From NCBI RefSeq assembly GCF_008065095.1, contig NZ_CP042911.1:960001-992000 (forward strand): 32,000 nucleotides of DNA, written 5' to 3'. Below, one piece after another: positions 1-10,200 of this stretch. Origin of the DNA: Gemmata obscuriglobus. Lineage in GTDB: Bacteria > Planctomycetota > Planctomycetia > Gemmatales > Gemmataceae. A program made the translations under genes and the position numbers. The notes under the pieces are model-generated. The model was not told the DNA's origin, made no database searches, and was given only the letters and a program-made list of their open reading frames with translations. Within the stretch, counting starts at the first letter, position 1. Every line of letters starts with the position of its first letter.

Positions 1-1
1 G

Positions 2-1762
2 GCCGAGCAGGCCGAAGCGGCGGCCCGCGACGAAGCGGAACGCACGTCCGCGGGACCGGCTCAAATCACCGGCGGGCGCGACGAGTGGCCACAGGGCGAC
101 ATCGCCCCCATCGGCAAAAAGGGAGAACACGCGCCCGGCCCGGCCCTCCCCGGCTTGCCCAGCCCCGCCCCGCTCGCCGAACCGGCCATGCCCGCCGGTC
201 CGGACGCATTAGGGAAACGAATCGCTGCGTCGAGTGCCCCGTTCGCTAGTGTGGTCGCGAGCGGTGGCGGCGCGTTCGGCGGCGTCCGAGGCGCCGCGAA
301 CAAACCGGCCCCCCGGGACGGCTACAACGCTCAGAACGCCGAGGCTTACGGGCGGTACCAGGAGAACGAGTTCCGCTCGCCCCTGGTCGCGGCGCTCTCC
401 ACCTTCTCCGCCGACGTGAACACCGCCTCTTACGCCAACGTCCGCCGGATGCTCAACGAGGGCACACTGCCTCCCGCCAGCGCCGTGTTCCTCGCCGAGT
501 TCGTCAACTACTTCCCGTACTCCTACGCCCCGCCGCCCGCCGGCGCCGACCCGGTGGCGTTCCACGTCGAAATGGGGCCGTGCCCCTGGAACGCCAAGCA
601 CCACCTGCTCCGCGTCGGGGTGCAGGCGCACCAGATCCCGGCCGAGAAGTTGCCCCCGCGCAACCTCGTGTTCCTGGTCGACACCTCGGGCTCGATGCAG
701 CAGGAGAACCGGCTCCCGCTGGTCCAGAAGTCGCTCGAACTGCTCGTGGAGAAGCTCACCGAGAAGGACCGGGTGAGCGTCGTCACCTACGCCGGCGACT
801 CCCGGGTCGCGCTCCCGCCCACCTCGGGCGCCGACAAGAAGGCCATCCTTGATGTCGTGACCGGGCTCCAGGCGAACGGCGGCACCAACGGCGAGGGGGG
901 CATCAAAAAGGCCTACCAGTTCGCCCGCGACACGTTTCTCGACGGCGGCGTGAACCGCGTGATCCTTTGCACCGACGGCGACTTCAACGTCGGCGTCGTC
1001 GACAACGGCGAGTTGGTCAAGCTGATCGAGGAGCAGCGGAAGTCGAAGGTGTTCCTGACGGTGCTCGGGTACGGGATGGGCAACTACAAGGACGACCGGC
1101 TCAAGGAGCTGGCGAACCACGGCAACGGGCACCACGCGTACATCGACACCCTCGACGAGGCCAAAAAGGTGTTCGTGGAGCAGGGCGGCGCGCTGGTGTG
1201 CGTGGCGAAGGACGTGAAGTTCCAGATCGACTTCAACCCCGCGAAGGTGAACGCGTACCGGTTGGTGGGCTACGAGAACCGTCTGCTCAAGGACGAGGAC
1301 TTCAAGAACGACGCCAAGGACGCGGGCGACGTGGGCAGCGGGCACCAGGTGACCGTGCTGTACGAAATCGTTCCTCCGGGCGTGAAGGTGGATCTGCCGG
1401 AGGTGGACGCGAGCAAGTACCAGAAGAAGGACGTGCCCGCGAACGCGTCGGACGAGTGGCTGACGGTGAAGATGCGGTACAAGCACCCGGACGAGGACGT
1501 GAGCAAAGAACTGACCGCGGCGCACAAGGGCGCGGTCGCGAAGGAACTGAGCGACGACTTCCGGTTCGCCGCCGCGGTGGCGTCGTTCGGGATGCTGCTC
1601 CGCGACTCGAAGTTCAAGGGCGCGATGACCTACGCGGGCGTACTCGAAGAAGCCCAGGGCGCACTCGGGGCCGACCCGAACAACCACCGCAAGCAGTTCC
1701 TTGAGCTGGTGCGGCGCGCCAAAGAGCTGTCGAACGTCCAGAAGCCCGGCGAGCCGAAGTGA
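2..1762 (+). CDS. von Willebrand factor type A domain protein, YfbK-like (vWF-associated N-region + vWA + DUF3520-type C-domain). The 5' end is probably outside the window.
   Basis: The ORF track gives 155..1762 with TTG at 155, but the same frame is open back to base 2. The vWA/MIDAS core reads NLVFLVDTSGSM ... GGTNG ... ILCTDGDFNVG. It is preceded by EAYGRYQENEFRSP..STFSADVNTASY and followed by VKFQIDFNPAKVNAYRLVGYENR, as in YfbK-type proteins. Third-codon positions are strongly G/C. Confidence 0.85.
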   Translation, partial: AEQAEAAARDEAERTSAGPAQITGGRDEWPQGDIAPIGKKGEHAPGPALPGLPSPAPLAEPAMPAGPDALGKRIAASSAPFASVVASGGGAFGGVRGAANKPAPRDGYNAQNAEAYGRYQENEFRSPLVAALSTFSADVNTASYANVRRMLNEGTLPPASAVFLAEFVNYFPYSYAPPPAGADPVAFHVEMGPCPWNAKHHLLRVGVQAHQIPAEKLPPRNLVFLVDTSGSMQQENRLPLVQKSLELLVEKLTEKDRVSVVTYAGDSRVALPPTSGADKKAILDVVTGLQANGGTNGEGGIKKAYQFARDTFLDGGVNRVILCTDGDFNVGVVDNGELVKLIEEQRKSKVFLTVLGYGMGNYKDDRLKELANHGNGHHAYIDTLDEAKKVFVEQGGALVCVAKDVKFQIDFNPAKVNAYRLVGYENRLLKDEDFKNDAKDAGDVGSGHQVTVLYEIVPPGVKVDLPEVDASKYQKKDVPANASDEWLTVKMRYKHPDEDVSKELTAAHKGAVAKELSDDFRFAAAVASFGMLLRDSKFKGAMTYAGVLEEAQGALGADPNNHRKQFLELVRRAKELSNVQKPGEPK

Positions 1763-1788
1763 GCCCTTCAGGAACGCGCCTCCTAGTC

Positions 1789-1809
1789 CGTCCCCTGCTT
1801 CAGGGGACG
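1789..1809. terminator. Short GC-rich stem-loop between convergent genes; possible bidirectional terminator.
   Basis: cgtcccctg / caggggacg form a 9-bp perfect stem with a 3-nt loop, 27 nt after the vWA stop. The stem overlaps the NAT stop codon at 1800-1802. There is no U-tract. Confidence 0.3.
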
Positions 1810-2603
1810 ACGAGGGGCGTGCCCGGGGGAAGCCGGAGGCCGAACCGCTCCGCGAGCACTACCAGCAGTTGATTCGTGTCTGCGATTTCGAACCGTTCGA
1901 GCACCTCCGCGCCGCGGCGGTGCGTGAACTCGCGGTTCAGGATCGAGACCCGGGTGCCGTCCCGGTGGGCGAGAGCCACCATCAAGTTCTGCCGGAACTT
2001 CGATTGCGGGTTCGTGCTCGTCCACCAGTTCCCAACTTCGCGGTCGATGACCGGCATCTCCTCAAGCGTGAACTCGTACACGTCGGCCCACACGTCCCCG
2101 AGCTTCGCCTGGTGGAAGTATCGGGGCGAGGGTGACCGCTCCTCGCGCACGATCCGCCGCGGCTCGTGCGGTGTCGGCTGCTCATCGTCCAGGAGGTCGA
2201 GCCGGACCGGTGCGGTCGGGCTCAAACCGCCGACGCCGACGTCCGCGAGCCAGGGCACGCCGTCAACCGTGACGCCGACGAACAGGTGCGTCCGCGGGGG
2301 CGTGAAGTCGCGCGGGCTCTTGAGCCGGACGCGGGCCGAAAGCGGCGCCGCGGTGAACCCGAGGGCGGTGAGCACGCGCAAGAAAAGCGAGTTCTGCTCG
2401 AAGCAGTACCCGCCGCGGCGGTCGCCGACGAGCTTCCGCTCCACGTCGTTGTCGGCGAGCGAGACGCCGCGGCCCAGCAGCACGTCCAGGTTCTCGAACG
2501 GGATCGAACACTGGTGCGCGAGTAACAGCCCGCGGAGCACGTCGAGCGTCGGCTCGCGCGGCCCGGTGTAGCCGACGCGCGCGAGGTAGGCGTCCAGGTT
2601 CAT
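1800..2603 (-). CDS. Arylamine N-acetyltransferase (NAT family)
   Basis: Translation reads MNLDAYLARVGYTG...HQCSIPFENLDVLLG...RGGYCFEQNSLF, the NAT N-terminal signature and catalytic-Cys motif. ATG at 2603 is preferred; an in-frame GTG at 2612 is the alternative. Confidence 0.9.
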   Translation of the reverse strand: MNLDAYLARVGYTGPREPTLDVLRGLLLAHQCSIPFENLDVLLGRGVSLADNDVERKLVGDRRGGYCFEQNSLFLRVLTALGFTAAPLSARVRLKSPRDFTPPRTHLFVGVTVDGVPWLADVGVGGLSPTAPVRLDLLDDEQPTPHEPRRIVREERSPSPRYFHQAKLGDVWADVYEFTLEEMPVIDREVGNWWTSTNPQSKFRQNLMVALAHRDGTRVSILNREFTHRRGAEVLERFEIADTNQLLVVLAERFGLRLPPGTPLVVP

Positions 2604-2647
2604 GAACCACACCTTGAACAGGTTCGACGGACGGGCGCCGACCCTCT

Positions 2648-3142
2648 CTACTCGTGGTGGTAGCGGTCGAACTCGCGGTCCTCGTCGCGGTCGAACCGGT
2701 ACCGCTCGGCCCGCGGTTCGAACCGGTTACGATCGAACGCGGCCCGGACCTTCGGGCGGCTCAAAACGATGAACGTGAAGATGCCCAGCAGCAACCCGAG
2801 CGGCTGTTGCAGGCAGGAGAAGCCGGCCACAACCATGCAGAATATCCGCGACTGACGGCACTGCAGGCACCGCCCGGCCGCGACCAGTGCCACGGAGTGC
2901 GCCCACAAAAATAGCATCATCACGGACGCGATCCCAATGAGCATCCAGCCCAGAGACTCGGGCGGCGGGGGCGGCGCGCCGGGCCTGTTACCCGGCTGCG
3001 GTTGCCCCAAATCGCCGCCAACGATCAACACCCCCACCAAGAGGTAGATCACCGGAACACAGCCGCACAGGGCGAACAGACCGCCGAGGATGTAGTGGCA
3101 GATGGCAAGGATCTTCAAGTGCTCGCGGTCGATCACGGTCAT
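2648..3142 (-). CDS. Small integral membrane protein (about 4 predicted TM helices) with a highly charged Arg/Asp/Glu C-terminal tail; function unknown.
   Basis: This is the C-terminal 164 codons of the artefactual 948-aa ORF 2648..5494. It starts at ATG 3140-3142 (MTVIDREHLKILAICHYILGGLFALCG...); an alternative ATG lies at 3181. Hydrophobic segments alternate with a PGNRPGAPPPPPE loop, and the tail reads RFEPRAERYRFDRDEDREFDRYHHE. The start lies 17-56 nt downstream of the RND B stop on the same strand. Confidence 0.7.
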   Translation of the reverse strand: MTVIDREHLKILAICHYILGGLFALCGCVPVIYLLVGVLIVGGDLGQPQPGNRPGAPPPPPESLGWMLIGIASVMMLFLWAHSVALVAAGRCLQCRQSRIFCMVVAGFSCLQQPLGLLLGIFTFIVLSRPKVRAAFDRNRFEPRAERYRFDRDEDREFDRYHHE

Positions 3143-3198
3143 GTCGGGTCTCGCGAGGGGCGCTTGTACCCCGTTCAGCATACGGCGCGGCCCGCCGC

Positions 3199-6100
3199 TC
3201 ACCGCCGGAGCCGGCGCACCGCCGTCGTGAGCCGGTCCAGCTCCACGAAGAACACGGGCGTGAGGAACAGCCCGAACGCCGTCACCCCGAGCATCCCGGC
3301 GAACACCGCGGTCCCCAGCGCCCGCCGCATCTCCGCCCCGGCCCCCTCGGCCAGCACCAGCGGCACTACCCCGATGATGAACGCCACCGATGTCATGACG
3401 ATCGGCCGGAGCCGCAGCTTGCACGCCTCCAGCGCGGCCTCCCACCGGCTCGCGCCGGCGTCCGCCTTCTGCTTCGCGAACTCGACGATGAGGATGGCGT
3501 TCTTGCACGCCAGCCCCACCAGCACCACGAACCCGACCTGCGTGAAGATGTTCACGTCCAGGCGCGCCGCCAGCACCCCCAGCGCGGCGCTGAGGATGCA
3601 CATCGGGACCACGAGGATCACGGCCAGCGGCAGCGCCCAGCTCTCGTACTGGGCCGCCAGCACCAGGAACACCAGCACCACGCTCAGGACGAACGCCCGC
3701 AGCGCCGTGTCTTTGGTTTGCAGTTGCAGCAGCGCCAGCTCGGTCCACTCCGCCTTCATGGTGCTCGGCAGGTTGGCTCCGGCGGTGCGCTCCAGGGCGT
3801 CGAGCGCCTGGCCCGAGCTGGCCCCGACCCCAGGGCTGGCGGTGATCGCCGCGGCCGGGTACAGGTTGTACCGCTGCACCATCACCGGCCCGCTCGCGGC
3901 CTCCACCGACAGGAACGTGGACAGCGGCACCATCGTCTCCTTCGGCGGCGGCGCGGTGCGGCCCGCGGCCAGCGCCTGCTGCGCGGCCATCTGGTTGTCG
4001 CGCTCCGCCCCGGCGCTCCGCACCCGCAGCTTCTTCAGGTCCGCAGACGTCCGCCGGAACCGCTCGTCCGCCTGCACGTTCACCTGCCACGTGCGGCCGA
4101 ACAGGTTGAAGTCGTTGATGTACAGCGACCCGAAGTAGACCTGCAGCGCCCCCACGATGTCGCCCACCGCCACGCCCTTCATCTGGGCCGCGTCGCGGTC
4201 GATGTTGAGCTTCAGCCACGGGGTGTCGGCCCGGTACCCGGTGAACGCGTCGCGCAGGTCCGGGTCCCCGTTGGCGCGGTCCACCACCGCCCGCGCCGCC
4301 TCCTCGATGGCAGCCGCCCCGGTGTCGCCGCGGTCCTCGACGATCAGCTTGAACCCGCCGGTGGTGCCCAGCCCGTCCACCGCCGGCGCGCCGAACACCG
4401 TCAGTTGCGCCCCCGGCACCTCGTCGGACAGCTCGCGCTGGAGCCGGGCCGCGATCGCGTCGCCCAGCAGCGCGGGGGCGTGCCGGTTCGGGAAGTCGTC
4501 GAGCATCACGTAGAGGGTGGCGAAGTTCGGCGCGTTGGTGCCGACCATCACCGAGTTCCCGGACACGCTCACGGTGTGCTTCACCCCCGGGGTGCGCAGC
4601 GCGACGGCCTCGAGCTTCCGCACCTCCCGCTCGGTGCGCTCGACCGACGCCGCGTCCGGCAGCACCACGTTCACCAGCAGGTACCCCTTGTCCTGCTGCG
4701 GGATGAACCCGGTCGGGGTGGTCGCGAACGTGTGGTACGTGAGGTACAGCAGCCCGCCGTACCCGAGGAGCACCAGCAGCGACACGCGGAACGTGCCCGC
4801 TACGACCCGCGTGTACCCCGCGGTCACCGCGTCGAACCCGCGGTTGAACCCGGCGAACAGCGTCCCCAGAAGGTGGTTCATGGTGCGGGCCAAGGCCCAC
4901 CCGAGCAGCCCGCCGATCAGGGCGGCGGCCACCGGAACGGCGACCGACGGCACGGCCCCCAGCCACGGCTGCTCGCCCGCCCAGTGCTTCAGCTCGGCGC
5001 TCAGGAAGAAATACGTGAGCCCGGCCCCGAGCAGCGGGAACGTGACCGCCGGCAGCGGGTCGCGGGCCTGCGCGTCGGTGTTCGGCTTCAGCAGCAGCGC
5101 GCACAGCGCGGGGCTGAGCGTGAGTGAGTTGAACGCCGACAGCAGCGTGCTCACCGCGATGGTGACCGCGAACTGGCGGTAGAACTCCCCCACGATGCCG
5201 GTGATGAACACGCACGGCACGAACACCGCCGACAGCACCAGCCCCACCGCGATCACCGGCCCCGACACCTCGTCCAGAGCCTTGATGGTGGCCGCCCGCG
5301 GCTCCAGCCCGTGCTCGATGTGGTGCTGGACGGCCTCGACCACGACGATGGCGTCGTCCACCACGATGCCGACCGCCAGCACCAGCCCGAACAGCGTCAG
5401 GTTGTTGACCGAGTACCCCAGCGCCGCCATCGCCGCGAACGTGCCGACGATCGCCACCGGGACCGCGGCGAGGGGGATGATCGCGGCCCGCCACGACTGG
5501 AGGAATACCAGCATCACCAGCGCGACCAGCACGACGGCGTCGCGCAGGGTCTTGAACACCTCCGAGATCGATTCATCGATAAAGGGGGTGGTGTCGTAGG
5601 CGATCTGGTACTCGACGCCGGCCGGGAACCGGGCCTTCAGCTCGGCCATCTTCTCGCGCACGCGGCGGGCGGTGTCGATGGCGTTGGTGCCCGGGAGCTG
5701 GTACACCGCCAGCGCCACCGACGGCTTGCCGTCGAACGTGCAGGACTGGTCGTAGCTCAGCGCCCCGAGTTCGACCCGGCCCACGTCCTTGAGCCGCACC
5801 GGGCGGCTGTCGGCGTCGGCCTTGATGATGATGTCGCCGAACTGCCCCGCGTCGGTGAGCCGGCCGAGGGTGTTGATGGTGTACTGGAACGCCTGCCCGC
5901 GCGGGGCCGGCGGCTGCCCCACCTGCCCGGCGGCCACCTGCGCGTTCTGCTGCTCCACCGCGTGCAGCACGTCCGCGGTGCTGAGCCCCTTCACCGCCAT
6001 CAGCTCCGGGTCCAGCCACAGCCGCATCGAGTAGTCGCGCTGGCCCAGGTAGGTGATGTCGCCGACCCCCTGGAGCCGGGCCAGCTCGTCGCGCAACTGG

Positions 6101-6606
6101 ATCGTGGCGTAGTTGCTGAGCTGGAGCAGCACGGTCTGCCGCTCGCGCTCGTCGGCCGGGGCGTCGGCGGTGTTGTACAGGTTGATGATCATCAACTGGC
6201 TGGGCGACTTCTTCTTCACCGTCACCCCGCGCCGCTTTACGATGTCCGGCAGCACCGGCTCGGCGAGGTTCACGCGGTTCTGCACCAGCACCTGCGCGAT
6301 GTTCAGGTCGATGCCCGGCTTGAACGTGACCGTCAGCGTGTACGAGCCGTCGTTTCCGCAGGTCGAGGACATGTACATCATGTCCTCCACGCCGTTCACC
6401 TGCTGCTCGATGGGCGACGCGACCGTCTCGGACACGTCGCGGGCGTTGGCCCCGGGGTAGATGCCGTACACCTCCACCGTGGGCGGGGTGATGTCCGGGT
6501 ACTGCGCGACCGGGCGCGAGTCGAGCCCGACCAGCCCGGCCAGCACGGTCATGATCGCCAGCACCGCGGCGAAGATCGGGCGGTCGATGAAGAAGCGTGT
6601 GAACAT
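3199..6606 (-). CDS. RND efflux transporter permease (HAE1/AcrB-MdtB/C-like), copy B
   Basis: The canonical AcrB-type start MFTRFFIDRPIFAAVLAI uses ATG at 6604-6606; the upstream extension in the ORF track to 6774 is rejected. The TM4 proton-relay motif GIVVDDAIVVVE and the motif VNIFTQVGFVVLVGLACKNAILIVEFA are present. Length is about 1135 aa. Confidence 0.95.
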   Translation of the reverse strand: MFTRFFIDRPIFAAVLAIMTVLAGLVGLDSRPVAQYPDITPPTVEVYGIYPGANARDVSETVASPIEQQVNGVEDMMYMSSTCGNDGSYTLTVTFKPGIDLNIAQVLVQNRVNLAEPVLPDIVKRRGVTVKKKSPSQLMIINLYNTADAPADERERQTVLLQLSNYATIQLRDELARLQGVGDITYLGQRDYSMRLWLDPELMAVKGLSTADVLHAVEQQNAQVAAGQVGQPPAPRGQAFQYTINTLGRLTDAGQFGDIIIKADADSRPVRLKDVGRVELGALSYDQSCTFDGKPSVALAVYQLPGTNAIDTARRVREKMAELKARFPAGVEYQIAYDTTPFIDESISEVFKTLRDAVVLVALVMLVFLQSWRAAIIPLAAVPVAIVGTFAAMAALGYSVNNLTLFGLVLAVGIVVDDAIVVVEAVQHHIEHGLEPRAATIKALDEVSGPVIAVGLVLSAVFVPCVFITGIVGEFYRQFAVTIAVSTLLSAFNSLTLSPALCALLLKPNTDAQARDPLPAVTFPLLGAGLTYFFLSAELKHWAGEQPWLGAVPSVAVPVAAALIGGLLGWALARTMNHLLGTLFAGFNRGFDAVTAGYTRVVAGTFRVSLLVLLGYGGLLYLTYHTFATTPTGFIPQQDKGYLLVNVVLPDAASVERTEREVRKLEAVALRTPGVKHTVSVSGNSVMVGTNAPNFATLYVMLDDFPNRHAPALLGDAIAARLQRELSDEVPGAQLTVFGAPAVDGLGTTGGFKLIVEDRGDTGAAAIEEAARAVVDRANGDPDLRDAFTGYRADTPWLKLNIDRDAAQMKGVAVGDIVGALQVYFGSLYINDFNLFGRTWQVNVQADERFRRTSADLKKLRVRSAGAERDNQMAAQQALAAGRTAPPPKETMVPLSTFLSVEAASGPVMVQRYNLYPAAAITASPGVGASSGQALDALERTAGANLPSTMKAEWTELALLQLQTKDTALRAFVLSVVLVFLVLAAQYESWALPLAVILVVPMCILSAALGVLAARLDVNIFTQVGFVVLVGLACKNAILIVEFAKQKADAGASRWEAALEACKLRLRPIVMTSVAFIIGVVPLVLAEGAGAEMRRALGTAVFAGMLGVTAFGLFLTPVFFVELDRLTTAVRRLRR

Positions 6607-7206
6607 GGGTGTCGTCGGCCGGTTGTTGGCGACCGGGGCACGAGCCCTCGGTGGTGCAAGCGTCACGAGCGATACGGGCACCGCGCCGGCCGCATCGCGG
6701 CTCGGGAAGCGGTTCGGGGCGCCGGGGGGCCACATCTGCGACGGCCGGGAACACGCCGGCCGGTGAGCGGTCAAGCGATCCGCGACGCCTAAGTCTTTCG
6801 CGAGCCTGACATTGCGTCCCGTTTCTGGCTACAGATCGGACCTGCCGGCCGGTTCGAATCTGCGGCTCTTGCGAGCGATTCCGGGGGCGAGATCCGTCCG
6901 CGAGGGTGGTAGCAAGTGGGTAGCGAACTGGTAGCTACCCGCCCGCAAGTGTCCTGCTGGCGCCCCCGCTGCCCCTCCGGTGTCCAGCGGGCCGGCACCA
7001 CGCTCCCGGCGGCCGGGTGCGGGCGGTTCTGGTATCCGTCGGCGCGTCCGGCGCCTCCGGTTCGCGTGCCGCACACACGTCGCCGGCTCGGCTCCTGTCC
7101 GGCCATTGCCTCAGCCCCGCTGAAAATGGCGGTGAGGCCCCCCTAATACCGATGGCACCAGCGGCGAACCCGGCGCCAGAACGGGGGCGTTCCAACCGGG
7201 CCGGGC

Positions 7207-10200
7207 TCACGACCCCCGCTCGCCCTGGCGGCGGGGCGTCCGGACCCGGCGCAGCGCGTCGCGGACCTTACGGGCCGCCCCGCGCACCGGGCGGGCGGCC
7301 CGGCGCGCGAGCCCCGCGACCGTTTCGACGGTGTCGGCGGTCGCGATCAGCCCCATCCCCAGGAGCGCCGCGAGCATCACCAGCGCGAACCCGGTCACGA
7401 ACCCGTACAGCAGCGCCTCCGAGCCGAACTCGATCGCCAGGATCAGGAGCGCCTGCCCGGCGAGGCTCAGCACCAGTACGAACAGGCGCTGCGCCCGCTG
7501 GCGCGCGCGGGTGGCCCCGACCAGGCGCGTGAGCCGGTCCACCAGCGCGAAGAACACCGGCGTGAGGAACACCCCGAACGCCGTCACCCCGAGCATCCCG
7601 CCCAGCACCGCGATGCCCAGCGCCTGCCGCATCTCCGCCCCGGCCCCGCTGGCGATCGCCAGCGGCACCACGCCGAGCATGAATGCGATCGAGGTCATCA
7701 TGATCGGCCGGAACCGCAACGTGCAGGCCTCCAGGATCGCCGTCCGGAGGTCCGCCCCCTGGTCCCGCGCGACCTTCGCGAACTCGACGATGAGGATGGC
7801 GTTCTTGCACGCCAGCCCGATCAGCACCACGAACCCGACCTGCGTGAAGATGTTCACGTCCTGCTTGCCGATGCCCGCGGCGGCCACGGCCCCGCTCGCG
7901 CCCCCGATCGCCTCCCGGTCCAGCCACGCCGCGGCCCCCAGCGGGCCGTCGCCGAGCTTCAGCCAGTCGGGCGCGCCCGCGTTCCACTGCGCCAGTTGCT
8001 GGACCACCGAGCCGGGGTCGGTGAGCCACACGGCCCCCAGCGAGCACGCCACGCACACCGGCACCACCAGGATCACCGCCAGCGGGAACGCCCAGCTCTC
8101 GTACAGCGCCGCGAGGATCAGGAACACGAACGCCACCGACAGCCCGAACACCAGCCCGCCCGTGTTCCGCGACTGCTTCTCCAGGAACGTCAGCTCGGTC
8201 CACTCGTAGGACATCTTGTCCGGCAGCTGCTTCTCCGCCAGCCGCTCCAGCATCCCGATGGCGTCGCCGGTGCTGTGCCCCGGCGCGACGTTCCCGTTCA
8301 CCGCCGCCGCCGGGTACATGTTGTACCGGGTGATGACGAGCGGCCCGCTCCGCTCGGTCACGGTCAGGAGCGCCCCGAGCGGCACCATGTCGCCGCCCTT
8401 GTTGCGCACCTTGAGCCGCTTCACGTCCTCGAGCTGGTCGCGGAACCGGTCGTCCGCCTGCACGTTCACCTGCCACGTGCGGCCGAACCGGTTGAAGTCG
8501 TTCGCGTACCGGCTGCCCATCGTCCCCTGGAGGCACGCGTACACGTCGCCCACGTCCACCTGCCGCTCCAGGCACGCGTCGATGTTCACCCGGAGCACGA
8601 GCTGCGGCGAGTTCGTCTTGAACACCGTGAACAGCCCGACCACCTGCTCCTGGCTGTTGGCGGCGCGGATGAACTCCTCGGTCTGCCCCTGGAGCGTGGC
8701 CGGGCCCACGTCCCCGCGGTCCTCGATCATGATGCGGAACCCGCCGGCCCGCCCGAGCCCGGACACCGCCGGGGCGCCGAACACCTGCACCTGCGCCTCC
8801 GGGCACAGCGTGCCGAACCGCTTCCGCAGCTCCGCCGCGACCGCGTCGGCGCTCAGCTTCTTGGACCGCCGGTTCTCGAACCCGTCGAGGATCACGAACA
8901 TGGAGCCGAAGTTGGAGCCGTACGCGCTGACCACGAACGAGTTACCCGCCACCGCGTTCACGTGCGCCACCGGGCGGCGCTTGTTCCCCTCGCCGTCGTC
9001 TATCTCGGTCTCGAGCGCGATCCGGCTCACCTTCGACATGACCTCGCGGGTGCGCTCGGCCGACGCGGCGTCCGGGAGCTGCACGCTGCAAATCATGTAG
9101 CCCTTGTCCTGCTGAGGGATGAACCCGGTGGGCTGCGTGCGGAACGCCGCCACGCCCGACGCCACGATGCCCGCGTACCCGAGCAGCACCAGGAGAGGCA
9201 CCCGCAGGCCGACCCCGACCAGCTTCACGTACCACGCGTTGGCGCGGCCGAACGCCGCGTCGAACGCCCGCCCCAGCAGCGTGAGCGGCAGCAGCGCGGT
9301 TCCGGCCGCGCGGCCGAACGCGGCCGGCCGGTGACCCGCGGGCCGCGGCCCCTTCAACATCAGCGCACACAGGGCGGGGCTGAGCGTGAGCGAGTTGAAG
9401 GTGGAGATCATGGTGCTGACCGCGATGGTCAGCGCGAACTGGCGGAAGAACGCCCCCACGATGCCCGAGAGGAACGCGCACGGCAGGAACACCGCCGCCA
9501 GCACCACCCCCACCGCGACGATCGGCCCGGACACGTCCCGCATCGCCCGGACCGTCGCCTCGCGCGGGCTCAGCCCCTTCTCCAGTTGATGCTGGACCGC
9601 CTCGACCACGACGATGGCGTCGTCCACCACGATGCCGACCGCCAGCACCAGCCCGAACAGCGTCAGGTTGTTGATCGTGAACCCGGCCAGCGCCATCGCC
9701 CCGAACGTGCCGATGATGGCGACCGGGACCGCGGCGAGGGGGATGATCGCGGCCCGCCACGTCTGGAGGAACACCAGCACCACCACCGCGACCAGCACCA
9801 CCGCGTCCCGGAGCGACTTGAACACCTCGACGATCGATTCCCGGATGAACGGGCTGGTGTCGTACCCGATGTCGTAGGTGATCCCGGGCGGGAAGTCCTT
9901 GCCCATCTTGGCCATGTGCCCTTTGACCGCCTCGGCGGTCTCGATCGCGTTGGCCTCCGGCAGGATGAAGATCGCCAGCCCCACGGTCGGCTTGTCGTCG
10001 AACCGGTTGGCCACGTCCTGGGTCTTCGCGCCGAGCTCGACGCGGGCCACGTCCTTCACCTTCACCAACTGCCCCAGCGGGCCGACCTTCACGACGACCT
10101 GCTCGAACTCCTCGACATCAACCAGCCGCCCGTGCGCGGCGAGCGTGACCTGGTACGGCTGGCCGCTCCCGGCCGGCGGCTGGTTGATCTGCCCGGCCGC

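Noticed and set aside
6845-6870. A tRNA-like T-loop string, ggttcgaatc, in the spacer between the RND genes.
   Set aside because: The flanking 5-mers (gccgg / ctgcg) cannot form a T-stem. No acceptor or anticodon arms could be built on either strand.
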